DNA of 52,733 nt from a virus (Duplodnaviria > Caudoviricetes). This document shows positions 42,070-51,974 of this stretch, piece after piece. The notes under the pieces were generated by a model. That model searched no databases. It was not told the DNA's origin and saw only the letters and a list, made by a program, of their open reading frames with translations. Every line of letters starts with the position of its first letter. Position 1 is the first letter of the stretch. A program made the translations under genes and the position numbers. The stretch lies in the IMG/VR virus record IMGVR_UViG_3300025418_000293, positions 1 through 52,733 of that record; one strand, given 5' to 3'.

Positions 42070-44364
42070 TTATTTATATTTGGAATTGTAATACGTTGTT
42101 AGTGCTGCGTCTGAAACTCCTGGGTTCAATGTTCTAGCTGCGTTTAAAAAAGTATCTAAATCAGGTTTATTCCCTGGTGGTGGCATATTAGTTTCTGGTT
42201 TAAATGGAAATTCTCTTCGCACATCTTTTTCAATTTCTCTTCTTGCAGCCAGTAGTTTATCGCGATCTTCTGGTTTTAATTTAGGACTTTGTAATTTACT
42301 GTCAATGAGCCCAACACGCTTATCTATTTGCGTTTGAATCATATTTTCATGTTCAACTTTTTTATCTGGCTGATCATATTTTTTACCTTGCACTGCAGAT
42401 TCTGCGGTCGCGCGAGTTTTAACTAATGCTTCAACAGCAGCAGTTCCAGAACCAGGCTTTGCTTTTTCTGCAGCAGCATATGTTTCATTCATTTGTTTTT
42501 CAAAACGTTCTGCTTCAGAAGGTTTATTTGCTGTAACTTGTGCAGCTAAAAGATGCAACTGAGCCGATCTAAGTTGGAAGTCTCCACTAATTTGTTGGCC
42601 AATAATATGACCAGCAGTTTGTTGCGCCGCAGCATCGGAAGAACCACGAGTTTTAGCAAGCGTTTCTATAAGGGAAACTCCTTTATTGTTCCATTCTTGT
42701 AAGCCTTTAGCTTTTTCTTTTCTAATAGCACGAAGTTCTGTAACATTACCAACCCGTATTGCTTGATCTTCTTTTTCAATAGACTCCAAAACTTTGTCTT
42801 TGGCTTCAGCAAATTGCATTTGTGCTTCGCGTTCTTCGCGCATTTGTTTAGCACCTGTTGCGCCAACATCCCCATAGCGGGCACCGCGTGCAGAGTAAGT
42901 ATGACCTAATTCAAGCAATTGCTCTAATGTAGATGGCCTATTGGCTTGGAACATTTTTTCTAAATTGTCCAATTGAGCACGGCGGTTTTCACTAAACTTG
43001 CCAAGGTCAAAAGCGTTTCCTTCAGATTTTAGTCTTTCCACTTCATTTTTTTGACTATATTCTTCAGGTTTAGTTTTTTCGTGTTCCGCTATTGCTTGGG
43101 CTTCAAATGGATTAGCCATTTTTAAAGCATTAGTTAACTTAAGAATACCAGCAGGAGTAGCGTCTACATTACTAGATTGTAATTTTGGTAGACCAGAAAT
43201 ACCAGGAGCTCCAGCAGCGGGTGCTGCGCTAGCGCCAGGAGCAGCAACGGGCGCGGGTTTCCCATTTTGTGTATTTTGTATAGCTTCTAAAATAGCTCTT
43301 TGTTTTGGATCAGTAACTGCTTTTACACCTAGTCCAGGATTTGCTGGAGTATTGTCAACGGGCATAACACTTGTATTACCAAATGGTGCAGGTTGTATAG
43401 TAGGCGCAGCGGGCGTCGTTGTTGGCGCAGCGGGCGTTAAATTAGCGGGGCCTTGGGCCGCTATATTTCTTTGAGATCCAGTATTTGTATTACCAAAATA
43501 GTCAAGTACGCTGTTTAATTGATTTAAAGCTGAACCTTGGCCACGAGGCAAAAGATTGGTACGTTGAATAGCGCCACTTGCTTCTCCTGGAGGAGCTGCA
43601 TAATCTTGGGAGTTAAGCAAAGCAGCAAGAATTGCAGGGTCTATATTCCTGCGTGCTGTATTTGCTGCTGCGCCTTCTTCGGGGGTCACTAAAAGTCTAT
43701 CTTTACCTAATGGTAAAGTTTGACCATCGTTGCTTAGTTGAGCAATACCGCCTAAAGCAGGTTGATTGCTGTCATCAGAAGGCAAAGTTTGATTGTCATT
43801 ACTTAGCTGTGGGATTACTAATTTGTCTTCTACTTTACCTTTGCTGGCAAACGCAACAATACCACCATCAGCAAAGTTAAACATGCGAGGATCAACGGGC
43901 GCATGCATAATGCCACCACCAGCAGCAGCTTGTTCTGCTGGTGCCTGTTCAGGTTCAGCTTGTTCTTCTTGCGCTCCCATATTTGGGGTTGCAGAAGGCT
44001 GGGGGACAGGATGAGGAATGCCGCCTGAAGGCACAACAGCCCCAGGTACAGGCGCGCCCATAGCATTTCGTTGTGCGTTTTGCAAAGCCAAGATACCAGA
44101 CATCTGCTGGGTCTTTTGGGCGATTGTGGGGGGAGGCCCGCCTTGGTCGCCTTGCAATGCTTTTTGTCTAGCGTCGGCCGCTAGAGCTTTATTGATCTGT
44201 TCTTGTTTTCCAAGCAACAAAAACTGCGCAAACGGCGAAGTAGGATTGCTTAAAAGTTTTTGTATTTCTTGAAGCGAAGAAGTATTGTTGGGCATACCCT
44301 CCAACAAAGCCTGTTGCTTGTCGTAGTTTATTTGCCCAGGTTGGGGAATGTTAGAGCCGTACAT
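42070..44364 (-). CDS. Putative internal virion protein
   Basis: 764 aa, Pro/Ala/Gln-rich then coiled coil; adjacent to the giant ejection protein. Confidence 0.7.
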   Translation of the reverse strand: MYGSNIPQPGQINYDKQQALLEGMPNNTSSLQEIQKLLSNPTSPFAQFLLLGKQEQINKALAADARQKALQGDQGGPPPTIAQKTQQMSGILALQNAQRNAMGAPVPGAVVPSGGIPHPVPQPSATPNMGAQEEQAEPEQAPAEQAAAGGGIMHAPVDPRMFNFADGGIVAFASKGKVEDKLVIPQLSNDNQTLPSDDSNQPALGGIAQLSNDGQTLPLGKDRLLVTPEEGAAANTARRNIDPAILAALLNSQDYAAPPGEASGAIQRTNLLPRGQGSALNQLNSVLDYFGNTNTGSQRNIAAQGPANLTPAAPTTTPAAPTIQPAPFGNTSVMPVDNTPANPGLGVKAVTDPKQRAILEAIQNTQNGKPAPVAAPGASAAPAAGAPGISGLPKLQSSNVDATPAGILKLTNALKMANPFEAQAIAEHEKTKPEEYSQKNEVERLKSEGNAFDLGKFSENRRAQLDNLEKMFQANRPSTLEQLLELGHTYSARGARYGDVGATGAKQMREEREAQMQFAEAKDKVLESIEKEDQAIRVGNVTELRAIRKEKAKGLQEWNNKGVSLIETLAKTRGSSDAAAQQTAGHIIGQQISGDFQLRSAQLHLLAAQVTANKPSEAERFEKQMNETYAAAEKAKPGSGTAAVEALVKTRATAESAVQGKKYDQPDKKVEHENMIQTQIDKRVGLIDSKLQSPKLKPEDRDKLLAARREIEKDVRREFPFKPETNMPPPGNKPDLDTFLNAARTLNPGVSDAALTTYYNSKYK

Positions 44365-45317
44365 TATTTGCCCCCAGTAGTTCCACTAGATGTTGATGAT
44401 GTTGTTGGCGTTGTATTGTATAACCCTAATGTTTTTAACAATGTAGCCATATCTGTTGTTGCGCCAATAAGTTGTTGCGTTGGCGTTTGCTGCATCGGTA
44501 TGTTGGATACAGTAGAAATTGGCAATCCAGTTAATAATGATTGCAAAAACTGCACTTGCTGTTCTGGGTAGTTTCGTTGGTTTACAAACTCATTGTAATC
44601 CGCAGTGACGCCCGCTTGGTTAAGAGCTTGCTGTTGACCACCAATACCAGCCAATGTGTTAGCCAAATTTTGGCCTTGAGTTTGCTCAGTATTAAATTGA
44701 TTAACTGCGTTGTTATACGCAGTGTTATAGCCTTGACCAATCAAACCTGCTTGTTGAGCCAATAAATTACCTTCACCAACACCTTGCGCCACGGCTTGGC
44801 GGCTACCACCAAATGCGCCTTGGCTAGTTAGATTACCCAACAACTTTTGTTGATCTTGCTGAGATTGATATGTTAATGCATCAAGCTGGGGTTGCAATGA
44901 AGCCTGCAAATAAGGGTTCATGTATTGGCTAGCAATACTGTTATTTGCACCACCTGTTACGTTTGGCGTCTGCCCAAACCCACCTGTTTGTCCTGCACCT
45001 GCTTGTGAAACTAACGAAGTTTCAGAAGGCGTATTTGTATTAGGAGCAGCAGGTGCACCTGCGCTAGAGAAACTTTGACCATAGTTTTGAGGCAAATTAA
45101 TACTACCTAAACCTTGGAATAAATTCTGTTGCAGACTAGATGGGCCAGCAGTCAGTGGGCCTTGATATGTCTGATAAGGCATGTTGGCAAGGGCTTGACC
45201 TTGTGCCAACATACCTGTTACATAGGGGCCCGCCCATGAAGATACATTACCTTCATTAGCTGATCCAGCATTGGGAGAACCTTGAGCGCCTGGGGCTACG
45301 ACTGATGTAGTTGTCAT
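44364..45317 (-). CDS. Putative DNA ejection / pilot protein
   Basis: YMNPY...GAFGGSRQAV...GYNTA motif, Gln/Gly-rich. Confidence 0.7.
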   Translation of the reverse strand: MTTTSVVAPGAQGSPNAGSANEGNVSSWAGPYVTGMLAQGQALANMPYQTYQGPLTAGPSSLQQNLFQGLGSINLPQNYGQSFSSAGAPAAPNTNTPSETSLVSQAGAGQTGGFGQTPNVTGGANNSIASQYMNPYLQASLQPQLDALTYQSQQDQQKLLGNLTSQGAFGGSRQAVAQGVGEGNLLAQQAGLIGQGYNTAYNNAVNQFNTEQTQGQNLANTLAGIGGQQQALNQAGVTADYNEFVNQRNYPEQQVQFLQSLLTGLPISTVSNIPMQQTPTQQLIGATTDMATLLKTLGLYNTTPTTSSTSSGTTGGK

Positions 45318-45326
45318 GATTGATCC

Positions 45327-47636
45327 TTATCCTGGAAGATACTTCTCTGCCCTAGTATTGGCAGCAACATTTTTGGTTGTTTTTTTACGCGCATTTTGAA
45401 TACGATCCATCATAGCGTAAAGTTTGCGTGCCCCTGCGTCACTTGATCCATTTCCAATCTCAGACACAATGCGGGCTGGGATAACAAATTCTCCGTCGGC
45501 CAGCGCTGCTTTTTGATGCCCGCCTATGGTAGCAGGGATTGAATCAGATACGCCATCTCCTGGGCCTTTGAGCATGCGTCCACCATCTGAATATGTACCC
45601 AACGATGATATGCCACCTTGGGCATAACCGCCTCTAGCATAACGCTTTGTAGTCATTAGGCCACCAGCGGCGGCAGTATCGTACCCAAACGATGCGCTAT
45701 TATCAACAGGAGGTGTGTAATATGAAACGGCTGGGCTGACAGTTGATGTATCAAACCCAGGGAACATATTTGAAATATCAGTAGATGTCAATTGATTCGA
45801 TGCAAGAATATTATTGACGGTGCTTATATCCCCAGAATTGTATGCGCTGGCTAATTGGTCGGCTACGCTTGGAGCTGGTGCGGGAGCAGCAGATGTACTG
45901 ACTGGTGCGGGAGCAACAGATGTATCGACTGGTGTGGGAGTAGGTGTAGCCGCTATTCCCGTGGGAGTAGAAACAGAATTACCTACGGCATTATTTGTTG
46001 CAGCAACAGATGCGGGAGTTGCAGGTGTAGCAGGTGTCGCTGGAGATGGAGGAACGGTAGATACTACTGTGCCAGGCGGTGTCGAAGCAGCAATAGCAGC
46101 TTGTAAAGCGGCCAAATTAGATGGGGTTGAAGTTGCGGATGAAGACGCTGTGGGCGTTGGCGGTTGATATGTTGAAGCACCAACTGCTCCTGATCCTATA
46201 CCTGCTTTAAGATATGGTGTTAAATCAGCGCCAGGAAACATCGATTGAATTTGGCTGATAGTGATGCCAGGATTGGCAGCAATAATGTTATTTATTGTAG
46301 CTCCACCGCCAGTCTTATCTGTCGTGTTGTACGCATTCGCAGCATTCGTCAATTGACTTTGTATGTCGCTCAATGAAGTTGTTTGAGGTGTTGCTGTAAT
46401 GCCTTTAGCTTGGTTATACAAGTTAGTAATTTCACCAGTACTTAGCCCAGTGGCTGCAGCCATTTCTGCTGGAGTTACTTTCCAAGTATCCATCAAATTA
46501 GCAATTGTTTTATTAGTTGCTGGTGTCCCAGGGGAACCCACGGCGTTCAATGCATTTTGAATACCAGATGTAATTTGTGATGGCGTACCTGCTTGAAATT
46601 GGGCAATACCCGAAGCTGTAGGGTTTTGCAAACTAGCAAGGAGTTGTTGAGCAGGAGTCAACGTAGTTGTTGTGGGTTTATTAACTGTTGTGTTATTAGT
46701 GTCAGTATTTGTAGTACCAGTATTTGTAGTACCAGTATTTGTAGTACCAGTATTTGTAGTAGTTGTGGTTGTAGTTGGTGGCACATAAGTATTGCCCACA
46801 GTAGTAATACCACCAGGCAATAATGTATTAGTTGGTGTTAAAGAACCAGCAGATGTTGGGCCTGTAATATTACCTGTTGCGTCTCCCTTGTTCATGGGCG
46901 AGCCACTACCTGCAACACCTGACACTACATTACCACTAGAGTCTGTAAATGTTACAGGAGAAAAATAACTCATTCCTCCACCACCTGGCCTGTAGTTGGC
47001 AGGTATTTGATTCATGTTGCGCGATGCGGTCAACGTTGGAATACCACCTTGATATCCACGATAAACACCTGCAGTTCCGCCCGCTAAACCACTGCTTGAT
47101 CCGCCGCCCAAAGCCTTTGCTAACGCAGCTAATCCTGCGGTAGTAGCGGCTGAGCCAAGCCCGCCACCTTTTAAAAGGTTTTGGATTTGAGTGCCTAGAT
47201 TTGTAAGTGGGTTTGTTGGTGGGGGAGTCGAAGAAGCTGGAGTTGATGCTACTGCAGAAGGGTCACTTGCATTTTTATTAAACTCATCTGCGCTTGAATT
47301 GTAAACATTGCCCGCTTCATCTACATACTGATAACTACCATCTTTATACTGATAATAAGTGTTACCGTTTAAAGTATATTGTTTAGCAACCCCAGATGAG
47401 TTAGGGGTAACACCTGAACTATTATCTGTTGTACCACTTGAGGTCGAATCGTTTGATGAAGAACTTGGTAAAGATCTTGATGAAGAATTAGGTGTAACAT
47501 CAGACCCTGTAGCCTGACCATTGCTATCGCCGATGCTAGGGGGGCTATCAGTAGTTATATTATTAACTGTACCATCGTCGTAAGTAACTTCATAAGTTTG
47601 GTCACCTGTATCAACAACGTTTGTTACTTTAGCCAT
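45327..47636 (-). CDS. Ser/Thr/Pro-rich virion protein with a conserved C-terminal domain
   Basis: 769 aa, low complexity; C-terminal GPGDGVSDSIPA...LADGEFVIPA...GNGSSDAGARKLYAMM. Confidence 0.75.
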   Translation of the reverse strand: MAKVTNVVDTGDQTYEVTYDDGTVNNITTDSPPSIGDSNGQATGSDVTPNSSSRSLPSSSSNDSTSSGTTDNSSGVTPNSSGVAKQYTLNGNTYYQYKDGSYQYVDEAGNVYNSSADEFNKNASDPSAVASTPASSTPPPTNPLTNLGTQIQNLLKGGGLGSAATTAGLAALAKALGGGSSSGLAGGTAGVYRGYQGGIPTLTASRNMNQIPANYRPGGGGMSYFSPVTFTDSSGNVVSGVAGSGSPMNKGDATGNITGPTSAGSLTPTNTLLPGGITTVGNTYVPPTTTTTTTNTGTTNTGTTNTGTTNTDTNNTTVNKPTTTTLTPAQQLLASLQNPTASGIAQFQAGTPSQITSGIQNALNAVGSPGTPATNKTIANLMDTWKVTPAEMAAATGLSTGEITNLYNQAKGITATPQTTSLSDIQSQLTNAANAYNTTDKTGGGATINNIIAANPGITISQIQSMFPGADLTPYLKAGIGSGAVGASTYQPPTPTASSSATSTPSNLAALQAAIAASTPPGTVVSTVPPSPATPATPATPASVAATNNAVGNSVSTPTGIAATPTPTPVDTSVAPAPVSTSAAPAPAPSVADQLASAYNSGDISTVNNILASNQLTSTDISNMFPGFDTSTVSPAVSYYTPPVDNSASFGYDTAAAGGLMTTKRYARGGYAQGGISSLGTYSDGGRMLKGPGDGVSDSIPATIGGHQKAALADGEFVIPARIVSEIGNGSSDAGARKLYAMMDRIQNARKKTTKNVAANTRAEKYLPG
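46705..46760 (-). repeat. 15-bp coding tandem repeat (TTNTG)n
   Basis: CAGTATTTGTAGTAC repeated about 4 times. Confidence 0.9.
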
Positions 47637-47637
47637 A

Positions 47638-48906
47638 TCAGCCTCTCAAAATATTTAAAATATCGTCAAAAGTGACATCACTACTGGCGATGTTGTCAAC
47701 AGAAGGCGTTGACGCATTTTCGCTGGTTTGCGTTGTATTTGCAACAGGCGTATCGGTTACGCCAGCAGAAGGTACAGGGGGCAAAGTGCTGGGGTCAGCG
47801 TTTACAAATTTTACTTGACCTGTCTGTGGGTCAATCTCTTCAACACTCGCCCCAAAATATTTCGGCTTTTTAAATATTGCAGACGTAGGAATCCCTAAAG
47901 CGCTTGCCAGTTGCATGGATTGTATTACATTTGGCCCCCCAGAACTTTGGGAAGATTGGCTAGTTTGAGCAGGCGCTGGCTGAGTAGGCGCTGGCTGAGT
48001 AGGCGCTGGCTGAGCAGGTTGTGCTGATGTAGCGCTAGGAGTTGTTGAGCCAGATGTTAAAGCGGATGTCGCTGCGGATATTGCTGGTACTACAGTATTA
48101 CCAGAAATACTGGGGTCAATTTGCTTTAGTACGGTTGTAGCTAAACTAGCTACTTTAGGGTCTACACTATTTGTTAGATTATTTAGTGCATTTAGCGCCC
48201 CAGCTACGTCACCTTTTTGCAAAGCTGTGGCGGCATTCATGCCATTCATAACCGCTTTAACATCAGACGATGCGCCAGTCATCTGAATTACGCTGTTAAT
48301 TAAACCAGTTACATTGCCTGTTTTTAATGCATTTGCGACAGATAGTGCCTGATTTGCTGTTTTAAGGGCGGTCGCTGCTTCTGGCGGAATAATATTTGTG
48401 CCTGATAATGCGGTAGCGGCATTTAATACCGTGCCTATATTAAGAGGTTTACCACTTAAAATACTATTAGCTGCGTTGAGTCCTGCCACAACAGGCGCTA
48501 CACCTGGTATAAAAGTAGCTCCAGGTAGCCCAGCTACCATTTGATTTACTGCGTTTGTAGTAGATGCTAAAAAACTGCCAGGTGAACCACCTGTATACCC
48601 TACTTGTTGGTTGTAGTCAGTAATAGGCGCAACTACACCAGTCTTAGGGTCAACACTAACTGTTGTATGGATTGTGCCGCCCGCTGAACCTATTTGAATT
48701 TGGTACTGACCATTAGAGCCAGGAACTACGGCATCAACAGGTAATTGATTACCCTTGGCATCAACCAATACAGTCTGTGTTGATTCTGCGCCTGTATTAT
48801 CATCAAATACAGGCACTTGGGTAACTTTAGCTGACCCTGTTTGGATAGCGCCATAAGTCTGGTTAAACGCCTGACTTGGGTCATTAACTGTTGCTGGTGC
48901 TGCCAT
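47638..48906 (-). CDS. Ala/Thr-rich putative virion protein
   Basis: 422 aa with amphipathic repeats and a (QPAPT)n linker encoded by a 15-bp repeat near 47971-48014. Confidence 0.7.
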   Translation of the reverse strand: MAAPATVNDPSQAFNQTYGAIQTGSAKVTQVPVFDDNTGAESTQTVLVDAKGNQLPVDAVVPGSNGQYQIQIGSAGGTIHTTVSVDPKTGVVAPITDYNQQVGYTGGSPGSFLASTTNAVNQMVAGLPGATFIPGVAPVVAGLNAANSILSGKPLNIGTVLNAATALSGTNIIPPEAATALKTANQALSVANALKTGNVTGLINSVIQMTGASSDVKAVMNGMNAATALQKGDVAGALNALNNLTNSVDPKVASLATTVLKQIDPSISGNTVVPAISAATSALTSGSTTPSATSAQPAQPAPTQPAPTQPAPAQTSQSSQSSGGPNVIQSMQLASALGIPTSAIFKKPKYFGASVEEIDPQTGQVKFVNADPSTLPPVPSAGVTDTPVANTTQTSENASTPSVDNIASSDVTFDDILNILRG

Positions 48907-49256
48907 TAAACCGCCTCACCACCGCTAATGGTAATAGTTAGTCCAGTAGTTGAAGCCTTGGCAGATATAAAAGAACTTGTAGGAAGAACCTGTACGCCTG
49001 CATAGGAAAACGTAGTATTGGCTGCTACGTTTTGAGTATAAAAAAGCGCATTTCCTGTGCCCGCTGCACCGCTTACAGGAACAATATGCAGGTTAAAAGT
49101 GGCCGCAGAACCTGTTGTATTGCACACATCAATCTGTTTTAAATATGTTCTAGTCGGCGTAGTTGCATTGGTTGGAACTGTGTATAGCGTAGCATAGCTA
49201 GTCGTTAACGCAGCCTGCGCAATCTGTACTGGGGTTACATTTTGATAGGCGGCCAT
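48906..49256 (-). CDS. Small beta-rich virion protein
   Basis: TLYTVP...IDVCNTTG...TISGGE; TAATG coupling at both ends. Confidence 0.75.
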   Translation of the reverse strand: MAAYQNVTPVQIAQAALTTSYATLYTVPTNATTPTRTYLKQIDVCNTTGSAATFNLHIVPVSGAAGTGNALFYTQNVAANTTFSYAGVQVLPTSSFISAKASTTGLTITISGGEAV

Positions 49257-49438
49257 TAGACCCCCAGCCAAATAAGAGTTTGATTGGTGGAGACTTGGTT
49301 CATACCAATTTGATTGACGTTATCATTGCTCACAAAATATAAACGAAGCACTTTGGTTAAGGTATCAAAGTATGCTTGATCATATTCTTTAGGAGGCAGC
49401 GGTAAGTTAGGAGAAACATTAATGACTGGAATACTCAT
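49256..49438 (-). CDS. Small tail-module protein
   Basis: PNLPLPPKEYDQAYFD...LRLYF; coupled to both neighbours. Confidence 0.7.
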   Translation of the reverse strand: MSIPVINVSPNLPLPPKEYDQAYFDTLTKVLRLYFVSNDNVNQIGMNQVSTNQTLIWLGV

Positions 49439-51363
49439 GTGTTGCCCCTTCTACCGTCAAGTTTCAATTCAATCCTAGGCGTACCGATTTGCCACTGCAA
49501 GCCTAACTGATTTCCTTCGATCTGGAAGATCATTTGGCGGCCACGAACACGCAAAAATACTTGTCCAGTAAATTGTTCAATAGGTGCTGTAGCCGTGCGA
49601 GTCACCGTAGCTATGTTAGTACCGCCTGTAGCCTGTGGTGAGTTGTATCCTGAACCTGAGTTTTGCATTGGGGTCAAAGTCATAATCACTTGAGGATTCG
49701 CCGCAGTAGACTTTCTAAAGGTAACATCAGGAAGAATGCGGTTAATAAAAGCAAAACTATTACCAAACTGAACATCAAACTCAGAAGACTGAATATACGA
49801 GTCAATAGGGTTATCTGTGCCTGTTGTGTTGTCATTTAAGCCATACTCATGGAATACCAAGGTGTTGTTGTAGGTAGCTGCAACGGGGTATGTAAGTACA
49901 GTTGAATCAATCCAAGCTGTCCTACCCATCTGCCCATAGTACCAAATATCGTCTTGATAGTTGTAGATTACATAGTTGTTAATCGTGGTGCTTGTACCCG
50001 AGCAGTAGAACCACCAAACTTCGTTGTATCCTTCGTTAGTACCAGAGAATACTTGCTGTGACTGTTGCTGATTAATATTAGCAAAGATGTATTCACGCAA
50101 GTCACAACGAAGCGTAGATACTGTACCGTTGTACTTATAGAACTTGTCAATACCCATCCAATAGGTCGTGCCCGCCGCCAAAACCGCAGAGTTTTGACTC
50201 AAGATAGAGATATTGTCACCCACAATGTTAGAACCCCAGACACCTGGCGTTCCGATGTATTGGAATGAATAGACTGAAGTATCAGTAAAAACAATAATCT
50301 CTTGTCTGTTTTGCACGCAACTGATGATCTGCGAACCACGAGATAGCCTGATATCTCCTGCTTGATTGGTCGCAGCGGGTGTCCACATGGTCACAGATTC
50401 CTGATCAGACCAACGAACCAGCATAGGATCGATAGTAGAAGTACCCAATGCGTTAGTACCAAATGCAAACACAAAACGACTAGCATCGGAGACAAAGATA
50501 AAATTAGCAACAATCGGTACATCTGACGCTCCCGATAATGTTGAAATGTTTACTGCTGGGCTGGTAATACTAGTGGTATAACTCCAATAATATACACCGC
50601 CACCTCTAGGGCAAAAAATTAAATCTTGGCCAAAATTGGATTGACTCCATAGCCGCAGGCTAATTGTAGTATTTGTACCATTTCCCCATGTCCCAGCGCC
50701 CCATGCCCCAGCGCCCCAACCAGATAAAGGCACTTCAATTGCTGGGCCAGTATTAATTTGATAAGTTGCTGTAACTGTACCACCGCCAGGTGAACCAGAT
50801 GCATCCGTGGAATTTGCTGTAGCTGTGGCTGTAAATGTAAATGTATTAGCATTTAATACAATTACTTGGTATTGTTGGTTTAAAACGGCTGCGGTTATAT
50901 TACCGCCTAAACCAGTAGCCCCACTAAATGTTACAAAATCTCCTGTTATAGCGCCGTGTGCAGTGGCTGATACTGTAATTGTAGATTGTCCAGCTACAGC
51001 CGTAAATGGATTAGTTAATGTAGCTGTGCCACGAACAGGTGTGATATCAAAATAAATACCAGCCTTAGTAATATAAAATTTTAAATTTGTACCTACACCG
51101 ATCAGTGAAGTGCCATCAAGAGCAGACCAATTAAACAATGACCTGCATGTGCCTTGGTAAGTGGAAATACTAAGGGGATACCAGCCCCCTATTTTTTCGG
51201 GAAAACCTTGGCGAAACCGCACATTTTGAGATGCGTACCAACCCCCAGCAATTGAAAAATTAGCTGAGATTGTGCCTACTGTTTCGGCAGTATATTGGGT
51301 TTGCTCCCGATTTACACCAGGGCGAAACACCATTGGGAGCATTTGATAGGGTGCTGTGGCCAT
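49435..51363 (-). CDS. Tail nozzle / packaged-DNA stabilisation-type protein
   Basis: 642 aa; FRPGVNRE, VRFRQGFPEKIGGW, VRWSDQE and EVWWFY beta-propeller-like motifs; inserted AHGAITGDFVTFSG beta domain. Confidence 0.7.
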   Translation of the reverse strand: MATAPYQMLPMVFRPGVNREQTQYTAETVGTISANFSIAGGWYASQNVRFRQGFPEKIGGWYPLSISTYQGTCRSLFNWSALDGTSLIGVGTNLKFYITKAGIYFDITPVRGTATLTNPFTAVAGQSTITVSATAHGAITGDFVTFSGATGLGGNITAAVLNQQYQVIVLNANTFTFTATATANSTDASGSPGGGTVTATYQINTGPAIEVPLSGWGAGAWGAGTWGNGTNTTISLRLWSQSNFGQDLIFCPRGGGVYYWSYTTSITSPAVNISTLSGASDVPIVANFIFVSDASRFVFAFGTNALGTSTIDPMLVRWSDQESVTMWTPAATNQAGDIRLSRGSQIISCVQNRQEIIVFTDTSVYSFQYIGTPGVWGSNIVGDNISILSQNSAVLAAGTTYWMGIDKFYKYNGTVSTLRCDLREYIFANINQQQSQQVFSGTNEGYNEVWWFYCSGTSTTINNYVIYNYQDDIWYYGQMGRTAWIDSTVLTYPVAATYNNTLVFHEYGLNDNTTGTDNPIDSYIQSSEFDVQFGNSFAFINRILPDVTFRKSTAANPQVIMTLTPMQNSGSGYNSPQATGGTNIATVTRTATAPIEQFTGQVFLRVRGRQMIFQIEGNQLGLQWQIGTPRIELKLDGRRGNT

Positions 51364-51377
51364 TACTTATTCTCGCA

Positions 51378-51974
51378 TTAGGAGGCTAAAACGGCAAGGG
51401 CTTTACGGGTTAATTCATTGCGTTCATTGAGGCCAAAAAGCCCTCCGTTGATACGTTTACATAGTCCCTCGTTATTACCGCTTTCAGCCAATTCATTGCA
51501 TCCGTGGGTTCTCCAGAACCACCCTGCGCTTAGAGCAGCATACATGGGAGTAGCAACCAACTGGGGATTTATCACAAAATTCTGATTAAGTGCTTGCCCG
51601 CAGTGGAAATAGTTATCGTGAAATGTGAGCTGGATACAGCCTCGTCCGTGGAAGCGATGCCCATCTCCTGACGCCTCATCTCGATTACCGCCTCGATTGG
51701 CGTAAATACGATTGGCGATTTTCTCGGGATTGTGAGCGTAAAGCTCAACTTCTCCTGCTTTGAACTTATGACCGAACAACTTTTGAAGGGTTTCGGCTCT
51801 ATAGTTGAGATTTTCTTCCAGAGTTTTGAAATGGTTGCACTCATGGCTGCATTGCCCTATAAAAGCCGCCTGTTCTTTGGCGGTAAAAATAGTGAAGGTA
51901 ACAAATGTTGTGGTCAATGGCTCAGACCACTCAGGCCCAATACCAAGCGCATGGAGCTTCTCAGGGCTTAACAT
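51378..51974 (-). CDS. Glycoside hydrolase family 19 endolysin
   Basis: AAFIGQCSHEC, ENLNY, FHGRGCIQLT..DNY, SAGWFW and RINGG motifs. Confidence 0.92.
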   Translation of the reverse strand: MLSPEKLHALGIGPEWSEPLTTTFVTFTIFTAKEQAAFIGQCSHECNHFKTLEENLNYRAETLQKLFGHKFKAGEVELYAHNPEKIANRIYANRGGNRDEASGDGHRFHGRGCIQLTFHDNYFHCGQALNQNFVINPQLVATPMYAALSAGWFWRTHGCNELAESGNNEGLCKRINGGLFGLNERNELTRKALAVLAS

